This document shows, piece after piece, positions 23,088 to 35,189 of a stretch of DNA of 64,000 nt (within the stretch, counting starts at the first letter, position 1; every line of letters starts with the position of its first letter). The notes below the pieces were generated by a model, which was not told the DNA's origin, did no database searches, and saw nothing but the letters and a program-made list of their open reading frames with translations. Both the position numbers and the translations under genes were made by a program. The DNA lies in assembly GCF_044704955.1 (NCBI RefSeq), contig NC_091981.1, positions 42,594,001 through 42,658,000 on the forward strand, in the 5' to 3' direction. This stretch comes from Pristiophorus japonicus. Taxonomy: Eukaryota.

Positions 23088-24137
23088 ATGCAGAGAACAG
23101 TGGGCATCCTGGAGAAATCTTTGGAGGGAGATGATTGGGAAACCTTCGTGGAGCGACTCGACCAATACTTCGTGGACAATGAGCTGGAAGGAAAAGCGAG
23201 CGCTGCCAAACGAAGGGCAATCCTCTTCACTGTTTGTGGGGCATCAATATATGGCCTCATGAAAAATCTGCTTGCTCCAGCGAAACCTACAGAGAAGTCA
23301 TATGATGATTTGTGCACACTGGCCTGGGAGCATCTAAACACGGAGGAAAGCGTTCTGATGGCAAGATACCGTTTCTACACGTACAAGAGGTCTGAAGGCC
23401 AGGAAGTGGCGAGCTACGTCGCCGAGCTAAGATGCCTTGCACGACATTGCGGATTTGAAGGACATTTGGAGCACATGCTCAGGGACAACTTTGTACTTGG
23501 CATTGGCCATGAAGTAATACTTCGCAAACTTTTGACTGAAGAGACCTCAACGTTGAGTAAAACCATAGCGATAGCCCAGGTGTTCATCGCCACCAGTGAC
23601 AATACCAAACAAATCTCTCAGTACACGAGTGCTGCTGCAAGTACTGTGAACAAAGTAATGTTGTTTTCGAATCGTAACGTACAGGGCAGGACTCACATGC
23701 CTGCAGCTGCACGTCCGCAGCTGTCTCAGAGGCCACCATCAAGAGTGATGAATGCTAGGCCATTAACATTTTGTTGGCGCTGCGGGGGTGATCATCATTT
23801 CCATTCATGCCACTTCAAAGGATACATTTGCAAGGGCTGTGGAACAATGGGACACCTCCAATGTATGTGCTGGCGAGCTGCAAACCCTGCTAATCCTGCA
23901 AACCACCAAGAGGAGGACAGATCCAAGGTGGATCACGATGAATCAGAGCCTCAAACCGAGGAGGCAGAGGTATATGGGGTGCACACATTTACCACAAAGT
24001 GTCCCCCGATAATGCTGACGGTTCAATTAAATGGACTCCCAGTGTCAATGGAGCTGGACATGGGCGCGAGCCAGTCCATAATGAGCGAAAAGACTTTCGA
24101 CAAATTGTGGTGCAGCAAGCCTCAAGGCCATTCCTGA
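23088..24137 (+). pseudogene. gag: Gag (with CCHC-type knuckles) and aspartic protease, frameshifted
   Basis: 349-aa ORF with CWRCGGDHHFHSC, CKGCGTMGHLQCMC and protease-like MELDMGASQSI. Confidence 0.88.
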
Positions 24138-26819
24138 CTCCCATTTGCACTAAACTGAGAACGTACATAAAGGAACTGATTCCCGTAATCAGCAGTGCTA
24201 CTGTAAAGGTCTCCTACGATGAAGCTGTGCACAAGTTACCACTCTGGGTGGTACGGGGCGATGGCCCCACGCTGCTCTGCAGGAGTTGGCTGGGGAAGAT
24301 ACGCTGGAACTGCGACGATGTCCAAACGCTCTTGCCCGTCGACGACAGTTCATGTGCCCAGGTCTGAAACAAGCTCCCCTCGCTTTTCGAACCAGGCAGC
24401 GGGAAGTTCCAGGGAGCAAAAGTGCAGATCCACCTGATACCGGGGGCACGACCCATCCATCTCAAGGCAAGAGCAGTACTGTACATGATGAGAGAGAGAG
24501 GAGAGGGTGGAGATCGAGCTGGACTGGCTGTAACAAGAGGGCATCATTTTGCCGATCGAATTCAACGAGTGGGCCAGTCCGATTGTTCCAGTCCTCAAGG
24601 AAGACGGCACCATCAGAATCTGTAGTGATTACAAAGTAACTATCAATCGTTTCTCCCTACAGGATCAATAGCTGCTACCAAAGACAGACGACCTATTTGC
24701 GACACTGGCGGGAGAAAAAATGTTCACGAAGCTGGACTTGACCTCGGCTTACATGACTTGGGAGCTGGAGGAATCATCGAAGGGCCTCACCTGCATCAAC
24801 ACGCACAAAGGTTTCTTCATTTACAACAGTTGGCCGTTTGGAATCCGATCAGCCGTGGCGATATTCCAGAGGAACATGGAAAGCTTACTGAAATCGGTCC
24901 CACACACCGTGGTCTTCCAGGACGACATCTTGGCTCGGTGCGTTTTCTTGGCGCCTGATGTGGAGTTCTTGGGGAGAAGAATCGCGGTGGACGGCATCAG
25001 GCCCACTGATTCGAAGACGGAGGTAATCGAGAACGCACCAGGACCACAGAACGTGACGGAGCTGCAGTCGTTTCTAGGACTCCTGAGCTACTTTGGTAAC
25101 TTCTTACCAGGTCTTAGCACAATGTTAGAACCACTGCACTCTTTACTGCGTAAAGGAAATGAATGGGTATGGGGTAAAAGCCAAGAAAATGCCTTTGTAA
25201 AAGCTAGAAAACGGTTATGCTCAAACAAATTGCTTGTGTTGTATGATCCATGTAAGTGTTTTGTACTAGCATGTGATGCGTCGTCATACGGTGTCGGGTG
25301 TGTATTGCAACAAGCTAATGAATCTGGGAAATTGCAACCGATTGCTTGTGCATCCAGAAGTCTGTCTGAGGCTGAGAGGGCCGACAACATGATCATGTGT
25401 TTATGGGGTAAAGAAAATGCATCAATATCTGTTTGGGCTCAAACTTGAATTGAAAACCGACCATAAGCCACTGATATCCCTCTTTTCTGAAAGGGGGGGA
25501 TAAATACAAATGCATCGGTCCGCATCCAGTGATGGGCGCTTACGTTGTCCGCATACAACTACGTCATCCGCCATAGGCCAGGCACAGAAAACTGTGCGAT
25601 GCATTCAGTAGGCTTCCATTGCCCACCACAAGGGTGGAGATGGCACAGCCCGCAGATTTAGTTATGGTAATGGAAGCATTCGAGAGTGAGCAATCACCTG
25701 TTACCGCCCGACAGATTAGAACTTGGATGAGCCAGGACCCCCTCCTGTCCTTCGTAAAAAAAACTGTGTTCCACGGGAGTTGGTCTAGTGTCCCGTTAGA
25801 AATGCAGGAAGAAATAAAGCCGTACCAGCGGCGCAAAGATGAAATGTCTATACAGGCAGACTGCCTCCTATGGGGTAATCGGGTAGTGGTGCCAAAAAAG
25901 GGTAGGGACACTTTCATTAGTGATCGCCACAGCACCCACCCAGGCATTTTAATGATGAAAGCGATAGCCAGATCCCACGTGTAATTGCCCGGTATCGCTG
26001 CAGTCCTGCGTGCACAAATGTAACACGTGTTCACAGCTAAACAATGCACCCAGGGAGGCGCCACTACATTTATGGTCTTGGCCCTCCAAACCGTGGTCTA
26101 GGGTCCATGTCGACTATGCAGGCCTGTTCTTGGGAAAAATGTTCCTAGTAGCTGTAGATGCGTACTCCCAATGGAGTGAATGTGAGATAATGTCTGTAAG
26201 CACGTCCGCTGTCACCATTGAAAGCCTGCGGGCCCTGTTTCCCACACACGGCCTGCCTGATGTCCTTGTGAGTGACAATGGGCCGTGCTTCACCAGTGCC
26301 GAGTTCAAAGAGTTCATGGCCCGTAATGGGATCAAACATGTCACATCTGCCCCGTTTAAACCAGCGTCCAATTGTCAGGCAAAGAGAGCAGTGCAAACAA
26401 TCAAGCAGAGCTTGAAGAGGGTAACTGAAAGCTCACTGCAGACTCGCCTATCCCGAGTCCTGCTTAGTTACTGCACAAGACTCCATTCGCTCACTGGAGT
26501 TCCCCCCGCTGAACTGCTCATGAAAAGAGCACTTAAGACAAGGCTCTCGTTAGTCCACCCTGATCTACACGAACAGATAGAGAGCAGGCGGCTTCAACAA
26601 AGTGCATACCATAATAGCGCAAATGTGTCACGCGAGATTGAAATCAATCATCCTGTATGTGTGTTGAACAATGGACAAGGTCCCAAGTGGCTTCCCGGCA
26701 CTGTCGTGGCCAAAGAAGGGAGTAGGGTGTTTCTGGTCAAACTTTCAAATGGACTAACCTACAGGAAACACTTGGACCAAATCAAACTCAGATTCACTAT
26801 CCAGAGCAACCCACAATAG
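24138..26819 (+). pseudogene. pol: Pol (RT, RNase H, integrase) with stops, frameshifts and a deletion
   Basis: WASPIVPVLK, FTKLDLTSAY, FQDDIL, LACDASSYGVG, TDHKPL, HSTHPG..CNTC, HVDYAG and LVSDNGPCFTS. Confidence 0.9.
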
Positions 26820-27129
26820 ACGACCTTTTTTGACCCTCCAACACACACACCAGTGGCAACCGACCCAGCAGTTGACCACGAAGCAGAACCCATCACCTGT
26901 AGCAGCCCAGCAGGACTCACCACACCAGGCAGCCCTGCAAGGCCAGCTGCACAGCAGCCCAGCGAGGGCCCAACAAACGACTCACCAAAACCAGCATTTG
27001 CACCGAGACGATCAACCAGGGAAAGGAAGGGCCCAGATCGACTCACATTGTAAATAGTTACACTATTGACTTTGGTGGGGAGTGGGGGGGGGGGGGGGGT
27101 GGAGGGGAGAGGGGGGGGGGGGGGAGTGT

Positions 27130-27329
27130 TGTTATGTATGTAAACCTGTAAATACCTTGTTTAACCGCCGGAGGACTCATCCCCTGGAGTCCCAAGGGAT
27201 CCCACAATCCTTGGGAGCACCTGTACATAAGGAGGCCTCACAGGCTGGAAAGGCACTCTGGAGACCTGTAATAAAGGCCTTACTTTGCGCTCTCAGTATC
27301 TGGTCAGACTCTTTATTTAATACATAATA
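27130..27329 (+). repeat. 3' LTR (200 bp)
   Basis: TGTTATGTATG...ACATAATA; about 13 bp shorter than the 5' LTR, with the deletion just after AATAAAGG. Confidence 0.9.
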
Positions 27330-28387
27330 ATGGCACTTGGGAGAACTGCCCTGCTGTTTTTCAATGGGTGCCATGGGATCATTTACAGTCACCTAAGAGG
27401 GCAGACAGGGCCTCGCTTTAATGTCTCATCTGAAAGCGACACCTCCGACATTGCAGTTTTCCCTCATACTGCATTGGGAATGCCAGCCTAGATTGTGTGC
27501 TCTAGTCTCTGTGAGACATAAAGGCCTTTAAAACTACAACAGTGTCGACTATGTTTCTTAGCTCATCTCCAATAGCAACTGTTGCAGCTGTCTCTTCAAT
27601 CTCTCACAATCATGCTGTTGAGCACAGTCCCAACATCTTCAGGAAAAGACATGTATTTACAGAGACAGTCAACGGTCTGCTCATTTGCAGTGGGAACTCA
27701 AACTTCTTGCCCCTCACTGCAGTCGCCCATGTGTCACCACAGATCAGATGGTATGGTCTCACTCCAGTCCTACCTTCTGCTATATGTTTCTGTTGCGTTG
27801 CTGGAGGATAGGATTTTGTTGCACAATAAAGAAAATAGAGATGGTGACCAGAGTGACATCTGGTTCCATTAATTATAAATAAACCTAATACACCTGAGCC
27901 TGTGAGTGGGTGCATGAACAATTCTTGATCTTTCTTTAGCTGTTGTGATGTCAGAAATTCCCACCCACATGTTGCAGCCTTCAATCTACCGCGTAGGAGC
28001 AGATAAGAGGAAGTGACACTGATGCACGAAGTGAGCCAGATGAATGCCACTGTGAACTGGAGAGGAATGGAAAAATATTAAGGTAAATTTGTGAGGGGGG
28101 TGAGGGGGAAAGAAAGCTTGGGGAAGGGCGAACGAATGCCAGCATGAACTGTAAAAGAGTAGGAGAAGGAAATTGACAGTGTGAATTCAGAGCAGGTGGG
28201 ACAAGAGGGGCCTTGAGTCATTGTGACACCACAGAAATAACTGCGGCAACTTAATGATCATATTTAGCAATAAAACATATCCATGATAGCTGATAGTTTC
28301 ACGACATGAAATGAGAAAAGATTCCTAACTTTTTTAATCATAATTTTTCACTATACCAGTCAACCTACAGCTTACATTATGGCAAGT

Positions 28388-28562
28388 TCGCTCCTCCTTT
28401 AAGACATCCCTTAAAGCCTACCTCTTTGACCAAGCTTTTAGTCACCATCCTAATGTTTCCATCTTTGGCTTGGTGTCAATTGTTGTCTTGATAACACTCC
28501 TGTGAAACGCCTTGGAACATTTTACTCCATTAAAGGCGCTATATAAATTCAAGTTGCTGTTA
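28388..28562 (+). mobile_element. L2-type LINE 3' tail
   Basis: CCTACCTCTTTGACCAAGCTTTT...CTCCTGTGAAACGCCTTGG...AAAGGCGCTATATAAATTCAAGTTGCTG. Confidence 0.75.
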
Positions 28563-30214
28563 AACGGTGCGAACTCACACGGTTGCAGTTCTACTCAGCT
28601 TGAAAACATGCACCAGCTGTTTCAAGTTTTTGAACAAAGTGGGACGGTGAGATGGGTTGTCCGTTTTTTGGCCCTTAACGCTGTACCAGGTTTTGAACTG
28701 GGAAATTGGGAATGGCACCCATTACCATTCCCATTAGTGTGCTGTTGATTCACATGATACACCCACATCAATGGGAAGCTATTGCTTTTCATGTGCACAC
28801 TCAGTGCAAAATGGCAGGCAGGTAACACCAGCAAATAGGTTGGACATAACACCCATCAGAAAATGTCACCATCTGTTTCAAACTGGCCTCAATCTCATGA
28901 TGAAGCCATGCTTTTTCAGAACGAATTAGTTGTTAAAGGGGAAAAAGGCAAAGGATTCCAATGGTACATTATAAAATCTAAGAAAAAAAAATCCCTTCCT
29001 ACCTTCCATAAGACACATGCATTAATAAAAGATGCAAAATAGCAAATGAAACATCCCATGGTGTTACCAAGTAAAGGAGTTGCTGAAAGTATAAAAGGAC
29101 AATCTGTCACCTCCTGTTGAAAATCAATTCCTCATTCCATATCAGATATTTTATAGTTGGCACAATCAACTGAAATCCTCTGTCATGTGAGCCAGCAAGA
29201 AGATAACAGCTGCAAGTTATCTACCACCTGTCAGGAGACACTAATGAGATAACCTTCAAGAAGCTGACCACAGACTGGCAGATCAATCCTTTCATGCTTC
29301 ACTGTATTTTCCACTGTCCACCTAATTTCTTTTTAAAAAAGCGCCTCTTTAATGCTACTAAACACTATGAGAGTCTGAATTAAACTTCTGGCCCGCACCA
29401 CCCCAATTCATATGACAGGAATGGCCAAGGACTTATGTTTCACTGCGGTAAGGTAGCTAGGCTCCCAAGTTACATAAAATAACATTGAATGAAGAAACTT
29501 AGGAACAGGCCATTTGGCCCAACAGGTCCATGCTGATGTTTATGGTCCACACAAGCCTCCTTCTTCTCCCTTTCATCTTACCCCATCAGCATAACCTTCT
29601 ATTCCTTTCTCCCTCATGTGTTTATCTAGCTTCCCCTGAAGTGTTATTCACCTCACTATTCCATATGGTAGTGAGTTTCACATTCTAACCACTCTCTGGT
29701 TAAGGAAGTTTCTCCTGAATTCTGAAACAGATTTATTGGTGACTATCTTATATTTATGGCCCTTAGTTTTGGTCTTCCCTACAACTGGAAACATTTTCTC
29801 AACGTCCATCCTATCAAAACCTTTAATAATTTTAAAGTCCTTTTTCATATCACCCCTCAGCCTTCTCTTTTCGAGCCCCAGTCTTTCCTGATAGGTATAA
29901 CTTCTCAGTTCTGGTGTCATTCCTGTAAACCTATTTTTCCCCTTCAGCAGAGAGCCATAGGGCTAGACTTTGCATCATGGTCTATATCGCCCATTCCGCC
30001 GTTAGTGATATTATTTTTCAGGATCGCCAGAATATCACTGGTTTCCATTTTTTTATTTGGGCGTTAGCCATAGCAATGTGAAATGGGCATTAGCGATTTA
30101 TTCCATCGTGCAAGGCCAGCATCCACAGCAACAGTCGTTCTACGCATGCGTGGGTTTTTTTGTGATTAACTTTTCCCGCGATTAGGGAGGTCAGGGATCA
30201 TCTGCACATGTACA

Positions 30215-30216
<2 letters not shown>

Positions 30217-30258
<42 letters not shown>
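30217..30258. repeat. (GA)n microsatellite upstream of the Myb gene
   Basis: About 20 GA units read directly. Confidence 0.9.
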
Positions 30259-32572
30259 GGGAGTGGTTGTTTGTGGAAATCTAGTGTGCAGAGTAGCAGA
30301 GATTTTTATGATTAAAAGAGATTAATAGATTTTTGTGACAATGGAGCAAGTTGATGAGATGATGGCTGATGAGGTGGCTGAAGGGAAGTGACCTGGGTGA
30401 GGTGGGAGAGGAGATGGGTGCTAGAAGGCGCACAAAGCACTTTTCTGAGGAGGCCAATGCTGCCCTCGTTCTGGTGGTGGAAAGTCATTGGGCCCAACTG
30501 ACCCTGGGTGGTGGTGGGAAACCCCCCCGGGTGCACCAATGAATTTGGGCAGAGGTCGCTGAAGTTGTCTCGTCACGAGGTCTGTGAGCCGAACCAGTGC
30601 CGCAAGCGCTGGAACGACCTTGTTGGTTCCGGAAGAGTAAGTATTAAATTTATTAAATAAATTGTAATATTGCAATCACTCATTAATTCAAATACAGATC
30701 TGCTGGATTGTAGTTAGGCTGGTAATCTTGGTGTCATGCATTAGTTCCTAATCTCGATTTTATTAAATTTATTCTCAGACCATAGGTATAACCATGCATT
30801 CAATTGCATACGAAGCATATTAGCATATAATGTTAACGATGAATAGCAAGGGCGATAACTAATTAGGGATTATCTGTGTGTTCTGTGCATCATGTTGTGT
30901 GTGTTGTGTAATAGTAATAATATCTATTAATATCTGTGATATCTGTCATATCTGTAATAGTACCTAGGCAATGAGCTTATGTCATTCTCTTGTCACCTTT
31001 GCAGAAGAAACTATCAAAAAACCGGGCAGAGCAGAGGCGTACTGGGGGAGGACCGGCAGACCTCTGCCAACTGACCGACCTTGAGGACCAAGCGTTGGCT
31101 TTAGTGGGGGTTCTCAATTGGTCGGCCACCCATGGTGTTGCTGAACCTGTTCTTGTGCCATGTGAGTAATGTATAAACCATTGGTGATTTAAAGTAATTT
31201 AATGCCATTTCAGTACAACATATGATTGATGTAACGTTATGTAATTAATGATGGGATGAAATATCATTGTAATGCAATGCAGATTCTCTACTATCATGAT
31301 GTTAATTATATGTGACGTTTGTCAGTGATATTTATAGCAGTAGTGCTGCTCCTCATACAGATGACTGCATAGCATAAGCATTCTCATATCACCCTGCCAT
31401 CCCCTTCTCTTCTCCTAACTTCATTTATGTTTTCTAGGTCACCAGGCTTCACAGGCTACCCAGGCTCTCCAGGTTGTCTCTGAAGGTGAGGAGGCAAGAG
31501 CCTTTCTTGAACTGTTGCAGGTCCTCATCCACCAAGGACAGTGAGGAGGTGGGGGAGGAGCGTGCAGTGGGGTCTTCCAATATTCCTGCGACCATGTCCT
31601 CAACCACCGAGGAAGCAGTGGGGCCAAGCTCCTTGCAGCAGGGCATCCCAAGTGGTTCAATGCCTGCGACGACCCCGCAGAGGTTGGTTTGGCGAGGTCG
31701 GATTGCTCCAAGATCGGCAGATGTCAGCATGGTCATGGTGCAACTGTCCAGGACGAGCGTCAACATTGGTTGAGAGCTCTTCCAGGCAATGGGGGGGTTA
31801 ACCGGACACATTGCCATTCTGACCGCGATAGTCTCGCAGGAGATGACGCGGATGGTAGCGGTAAGGGAGAGAATAGTCGAGTCCATGGATGCCAGACGGC
31901 AGCCTGTGGTCCTGGAATATGACACTGCACCCAAAGGTGCCGTACCGCCATTGCCACCGATGCATGCGAGTCAGGAAGAAGCAGTTGCTTCTGACTCGGA
32001 GGACATTTCTTTCTAAACGTCCTCTCCATCTTTTCCAGCCCCATCTTTAACTCTGCCATCATCCCCCACAAAGCAGCAGCGCTCGAGGTGTCTTGCTACA
32101 AGGCAGCATGGTGTGTGTACAAGGGGGAGAGGTGGGGTTCAGATCAGGGGGGTAAACATAGAAAATAGGTGCAGGAGGCGGCCATTCGGCCCTTCGAGCC
32201 TGCACCACCATTCAATAAGATCATGGCTGATCATTCCTTCAGTACCCCTTTCCTGCTTTCTCTCCATATCCCTTGATCCCTTTAGCCGTAAGGGCCATAT
32301 CTAACTCCCTCTTGAATATATTCAATGAACTGGCACCAACAACTCTCTGCGGCAAGGAATTCCACAGGTTAACAATTCTGAGTGAAGAAGTTTCTCCTTA
32401 TCTCAGTCCTAAATGGCATGCCCCTTATCTTAAGACTGTGTCCCCTGGTTCTGGACTTTCCCAACATCGGGAACATTTTTCCCACATCTAACCTGTCCAG
32501 TCCCGTCAGAATCTTATATGTTTCTATGAGATCCCCTCTCATCCTTCTAAACTCTCGTGTATAAAGACCCAG

Positions 32573-35089
32573 TTGACCAAAGGGCAAAAAACGTTAGTGG
32601 GAGTTGTGTACAGACCTCCAAACAGTAGTAGTGATGTTGGGGAGGGCATCAAACAGGAAATTAGGGGTGCGTGCAATAAAGGTGCAGCAGTTATAATGGG
32701 TGACTTTAATATGCACATAGATTGGGCTAACCAAACTGGAAGCAATACGGTGGAGGAGGATTTTCTGGAGTGCATAAGGGATGGTTTTTTAGACCAATAT
32801 GTCGAGGAACCAACTAGGGGGGAGGCCATCTTAGACTGGGTGTTATGTAATGAGAAAGGATTAATTAGCAATCTCGTTGTGCGAGGCCCCTTGGGGAAGA
32901 GTGACCATAATATGGTGGAATTCTGCATTAGGATGGAGAATGAAACAGTTAATTCAGAGACCATGGTCCAGAACTTAAAGAAGGCTAACTTTGAAGGTAT
33001 GAGGCGTGAATTGGCTGAGATGGATTGGCGAATGATACTTAAGGGGTTGACTGTGGATGGGCAATGGCAGACATTTAGAGACCGCATGGATGAACTACAA
33101 CAATTGTACATTCCTGTCTGGCATAGAAATAAAAAAGGGAAGGTGGCTCAACCGTGGCTATCAAGGGAAATCAGGGATAGTATTAAAGCCAAGGAAGTGG
33201 CATACAAATTGGCCAGAAATAGCAGCGAACCTGGGGACTGGGAGAAATTTAGAACTCAGCAGAGGAGGACAAAGGGTTTGATTAGGGCAGGGAAAATGGA
33301 GTATGAGAAGAAGCTTGCAGGGAACATTAAGACGGATTGCAAAAGTTTCTATAGATATGTAAAGAGAAAAAGGTTAGTAAAGACAAATGTAGGTCCCCTG
33401 CAGTCAGAATCAGGGGAAGTCATAACGGGGAACAAAGAAATGGCGGACCAATTGAACAAGTACTTTGGTTCGGTATTCACGAAGGAGGACACGAACAACC
33501 TTCCGGGGGTCGGGGGGTCTAGTAAGGAGGAGGAACTGAGGGAAATCCTTATTAGCCGGGAAATTGTGTTGGGGAAATTGATGGGATTGAAGGCCGATAA
33601 ATCCCCAGGGCCTGATGGACTGCATCCCAGAGTACTTAAGGAGGTGGCCTTGGAAATAGTGGATGCGTTGACAGTCATTTTCCAACATTCCATTGACTCT
33701 GGATCAGTTCCTATGGAGTGGAGGGTAGCCAATGTAACCCCACTTTTTAAAAAAGGAGGGAGAGAGAAAACAGGGAATTATAGACCGGTCAGCCTGACAT
33801 CGGTAGTGGGTAAAATGATGGAATCAATTATTAAGGATGTCATAGCAGTGCATTTGGAAAGAGGTGACATGATAGGTCCAAGTCAGCATGGATTTGTGAA
33901 AGGGAAATCATGCTTGACAAATCTTCTGGAATTTTTTGAGGATGTTTCCAGTAGAGTGGATAAGGGAGAACCAGTTGATGTGGTATATTTGGACTTTCAG
34001 AAGGCGTTCGACAAGGTCCCACACAAGAGATTGATGTGCAAAGTTAGAGCACATGGGATTGGGGGTAGTGTACTGACATGGATTGAGAACTGGTTGTCAG
34101 ACAGGAAGCAAAGAGTAGGAGTAAATGGGTACTTTTCAGAATGGCAGGCAGTGACTAGTGGGGTACCGCAAGGTTCTGTGCTGGGGCCCCAGCTGTTTAC
34201 ACTGTACATTAATGATTTAGATGAGGGGATTAAATGTAGTATCTCCAAATTTGCGGATGACACTAAGTTGGGTGGCAGTGTGAGCTGCGAGGAGGATGCT
34301 GTGAGGCTGCAGAGCGACTTGGATAGGTTAGGTGAGTGGGCAAATGCATGGCAGATGAAGTATAATGTGGATAAATGTGAGGTTATCCACTTTGGTGGTA
34401 AAAACAGAGAGACAGACTATTATCTGAATGGTGACAGATTAGGAAAAGGGGAGGTGCAGCGAGACCTGGGTGTCATGGTACATCAGTCATTGAAGGTTGG
34501 CATGCAGGTGCAGCAGGCGGTTAAGAAAGCAAATGGCATGTTGGCCTTCATAGCAAGGGGATTTGAGTACAGGGGCAGGGAGGTGTTGCTACAGTTGTAC
34601 AGGGCATTGGTGAGGCCACACCTGGAGTATTGTGTACAGTTTTGGTCTCCTAACCTGAGGAAGGACATTCTTGCTATTGAGGGAGTGCAGCGAAGGTTCA
34701 CCAGACTGATTCCCGGGATGGCGGGACTGACCTATCAAGAAAGACTGGATCAACTGGGCTTGTATTCACTGGAGTTCAGAAGAATGAGAGGGGACCTCAT
34801 AGAAACATATAAAATTCTGACGGGGTTAGACAGGTTAGATGCAGGAAGAATGTTCCCAATGTTGGGGAAGTCCAGAACCAGGGGTCACAGTCTAAGGATA
34901 AGGGGTAAGCCATTTAGGACCGAGATGCGGAGGAACTTCTTCACCCAGAGAGTGGTGAACCTGTGGAATTCTCTACCACAGAAAGTTGTTGAGGCCAATT
35001 CACTAAATATATTCAAAAAGGAGTTAGATGAGGTCCTTACTGCTAGGGGGATCAAGGGGTATGGCGAGAAAGCAGGAATGGGGTACTGA
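32573..35089 (+). CDS. CR1 ORF2 (partial APE endonuclease and complete RT), 838 aa uninterrupted, lacking its native start
   Basis: [68 protein letters not shown] and RPHLEYC, with no stop until GMGY*. Confidence 0.85.
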   Translation: MTKGQKTLVGVVYRPPNSSSDVGEGIKQEIRGACNKGAAVIMGDFNMHIDWANQTGSNTVEEDFLECIRDGFLDQYVEEPTRGEAILDWVLCNEKGLISNLVVRGPLGKSDHNMVEFCIRMENETVNSETMVQNLKKANFEGMRRELAEMDWRMILKGLTVDGQWQTFRDRMDELQQLYIPVWHRNKKGKVAQPWLSREIRDSIKAKEVAYKLARNSSEPGDWEKFRTQQRRTKGLIRAGKMEYEKKLAGNIKTDCKSFYRYVKRKRLVKTNVGPLQSESGEVITGNKEMADQLNKYFGSVFTKEDTNNLPGVGGSSKEEELREILISREIVLGKLMGLKADKSPGPDGLHPRVLKEVALEIVDALTVIFQHSIDSGSVPMEWRVANVTPLFKKGGREKTGNYRPVSLTSVVGKMMESIIKDVIAVHLERGDMIGPSQHGFVKGKSCLTNLLEFFEDVSSRVDKGEPVDVVYLDFQKAFDKVPHKRLMCKVRAHGIGGSVLTWIENWLSDRKQRVGVNGYFSEWQAVTSGVPQGSVLGPQLFTLYINDLDEGIKCSISKFADDTKLGGSVSCEEDAVRLQSDLDRLGEWANAWQMKYNVDKCEVIHFGGKNRETDYYLNGDRLGKGEVQRDLGVMVHQSLKVGMQVQQAVKKANGMLAFIARGFEYRGREVLLQLYRALVRPHLEYCVQFWSPNLRKDILAIEGVQRRFTRLIPGMAGLTYQERLDQLGLYSLEFRRMRGDLIETYKILTGLDRLDAGRMFPMLGKSRTRGHSLRIRGKPFRTEMRRNFFTQRVVNLWNSLPQKVVEANSLNIFKKELDEVLTARGIKGYGEKAGMGY

Positions 35090-35189
35090 AGTTGAATGTT
35101 CAGCCATGAACTCATTGAATGGCGGTGCAGGCTAGAAGGGCCGAATGGCCTACTCCTGCACCTATTTTCTATGTTTCTATGTTTTTCTA
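32577..35189 (+). mobile_element. Young 5'-truncated CR1 LINE
   Basis: Open ORF2 followed by a 3' UTR ending in (TTTCTATG)n; no clear TSD. Confidence 0.95.

Larger units (their letters stand above)
22850..27329 (+). mobile_element. Full-length Gypsy (Mag-like) LTR retrotransposon, decayed
   Basis: Two LTRs, 5-bp TSD ATGGC (22845-49 and 27330-34), PBS ACTGGCGA at 23063, a polypurine tract before the 3' LTR, and gag-PR-RT-RH-IN domain order. Confidence 0.95.
22641..27511 (-). mobile_element. Deu-domain tRNA SINE split by Gypsy (22641-22849 and 27330-27511)
   Basis: Tail AAAGACTTGCATTTATATAGC...GAGGGATCAACATTGGTC resumes after the Gypsy element as GGGAGAACT...TGCCATGGGATC...GGCCTCGCTTTAATGTCTCATC. 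Confidence 0.85.

Noticed and set aside
27542-28050. Overlapping short ORFs in apparently unique sequence
   Set aside because: No recognisable domain and no convincing exon boundaries.
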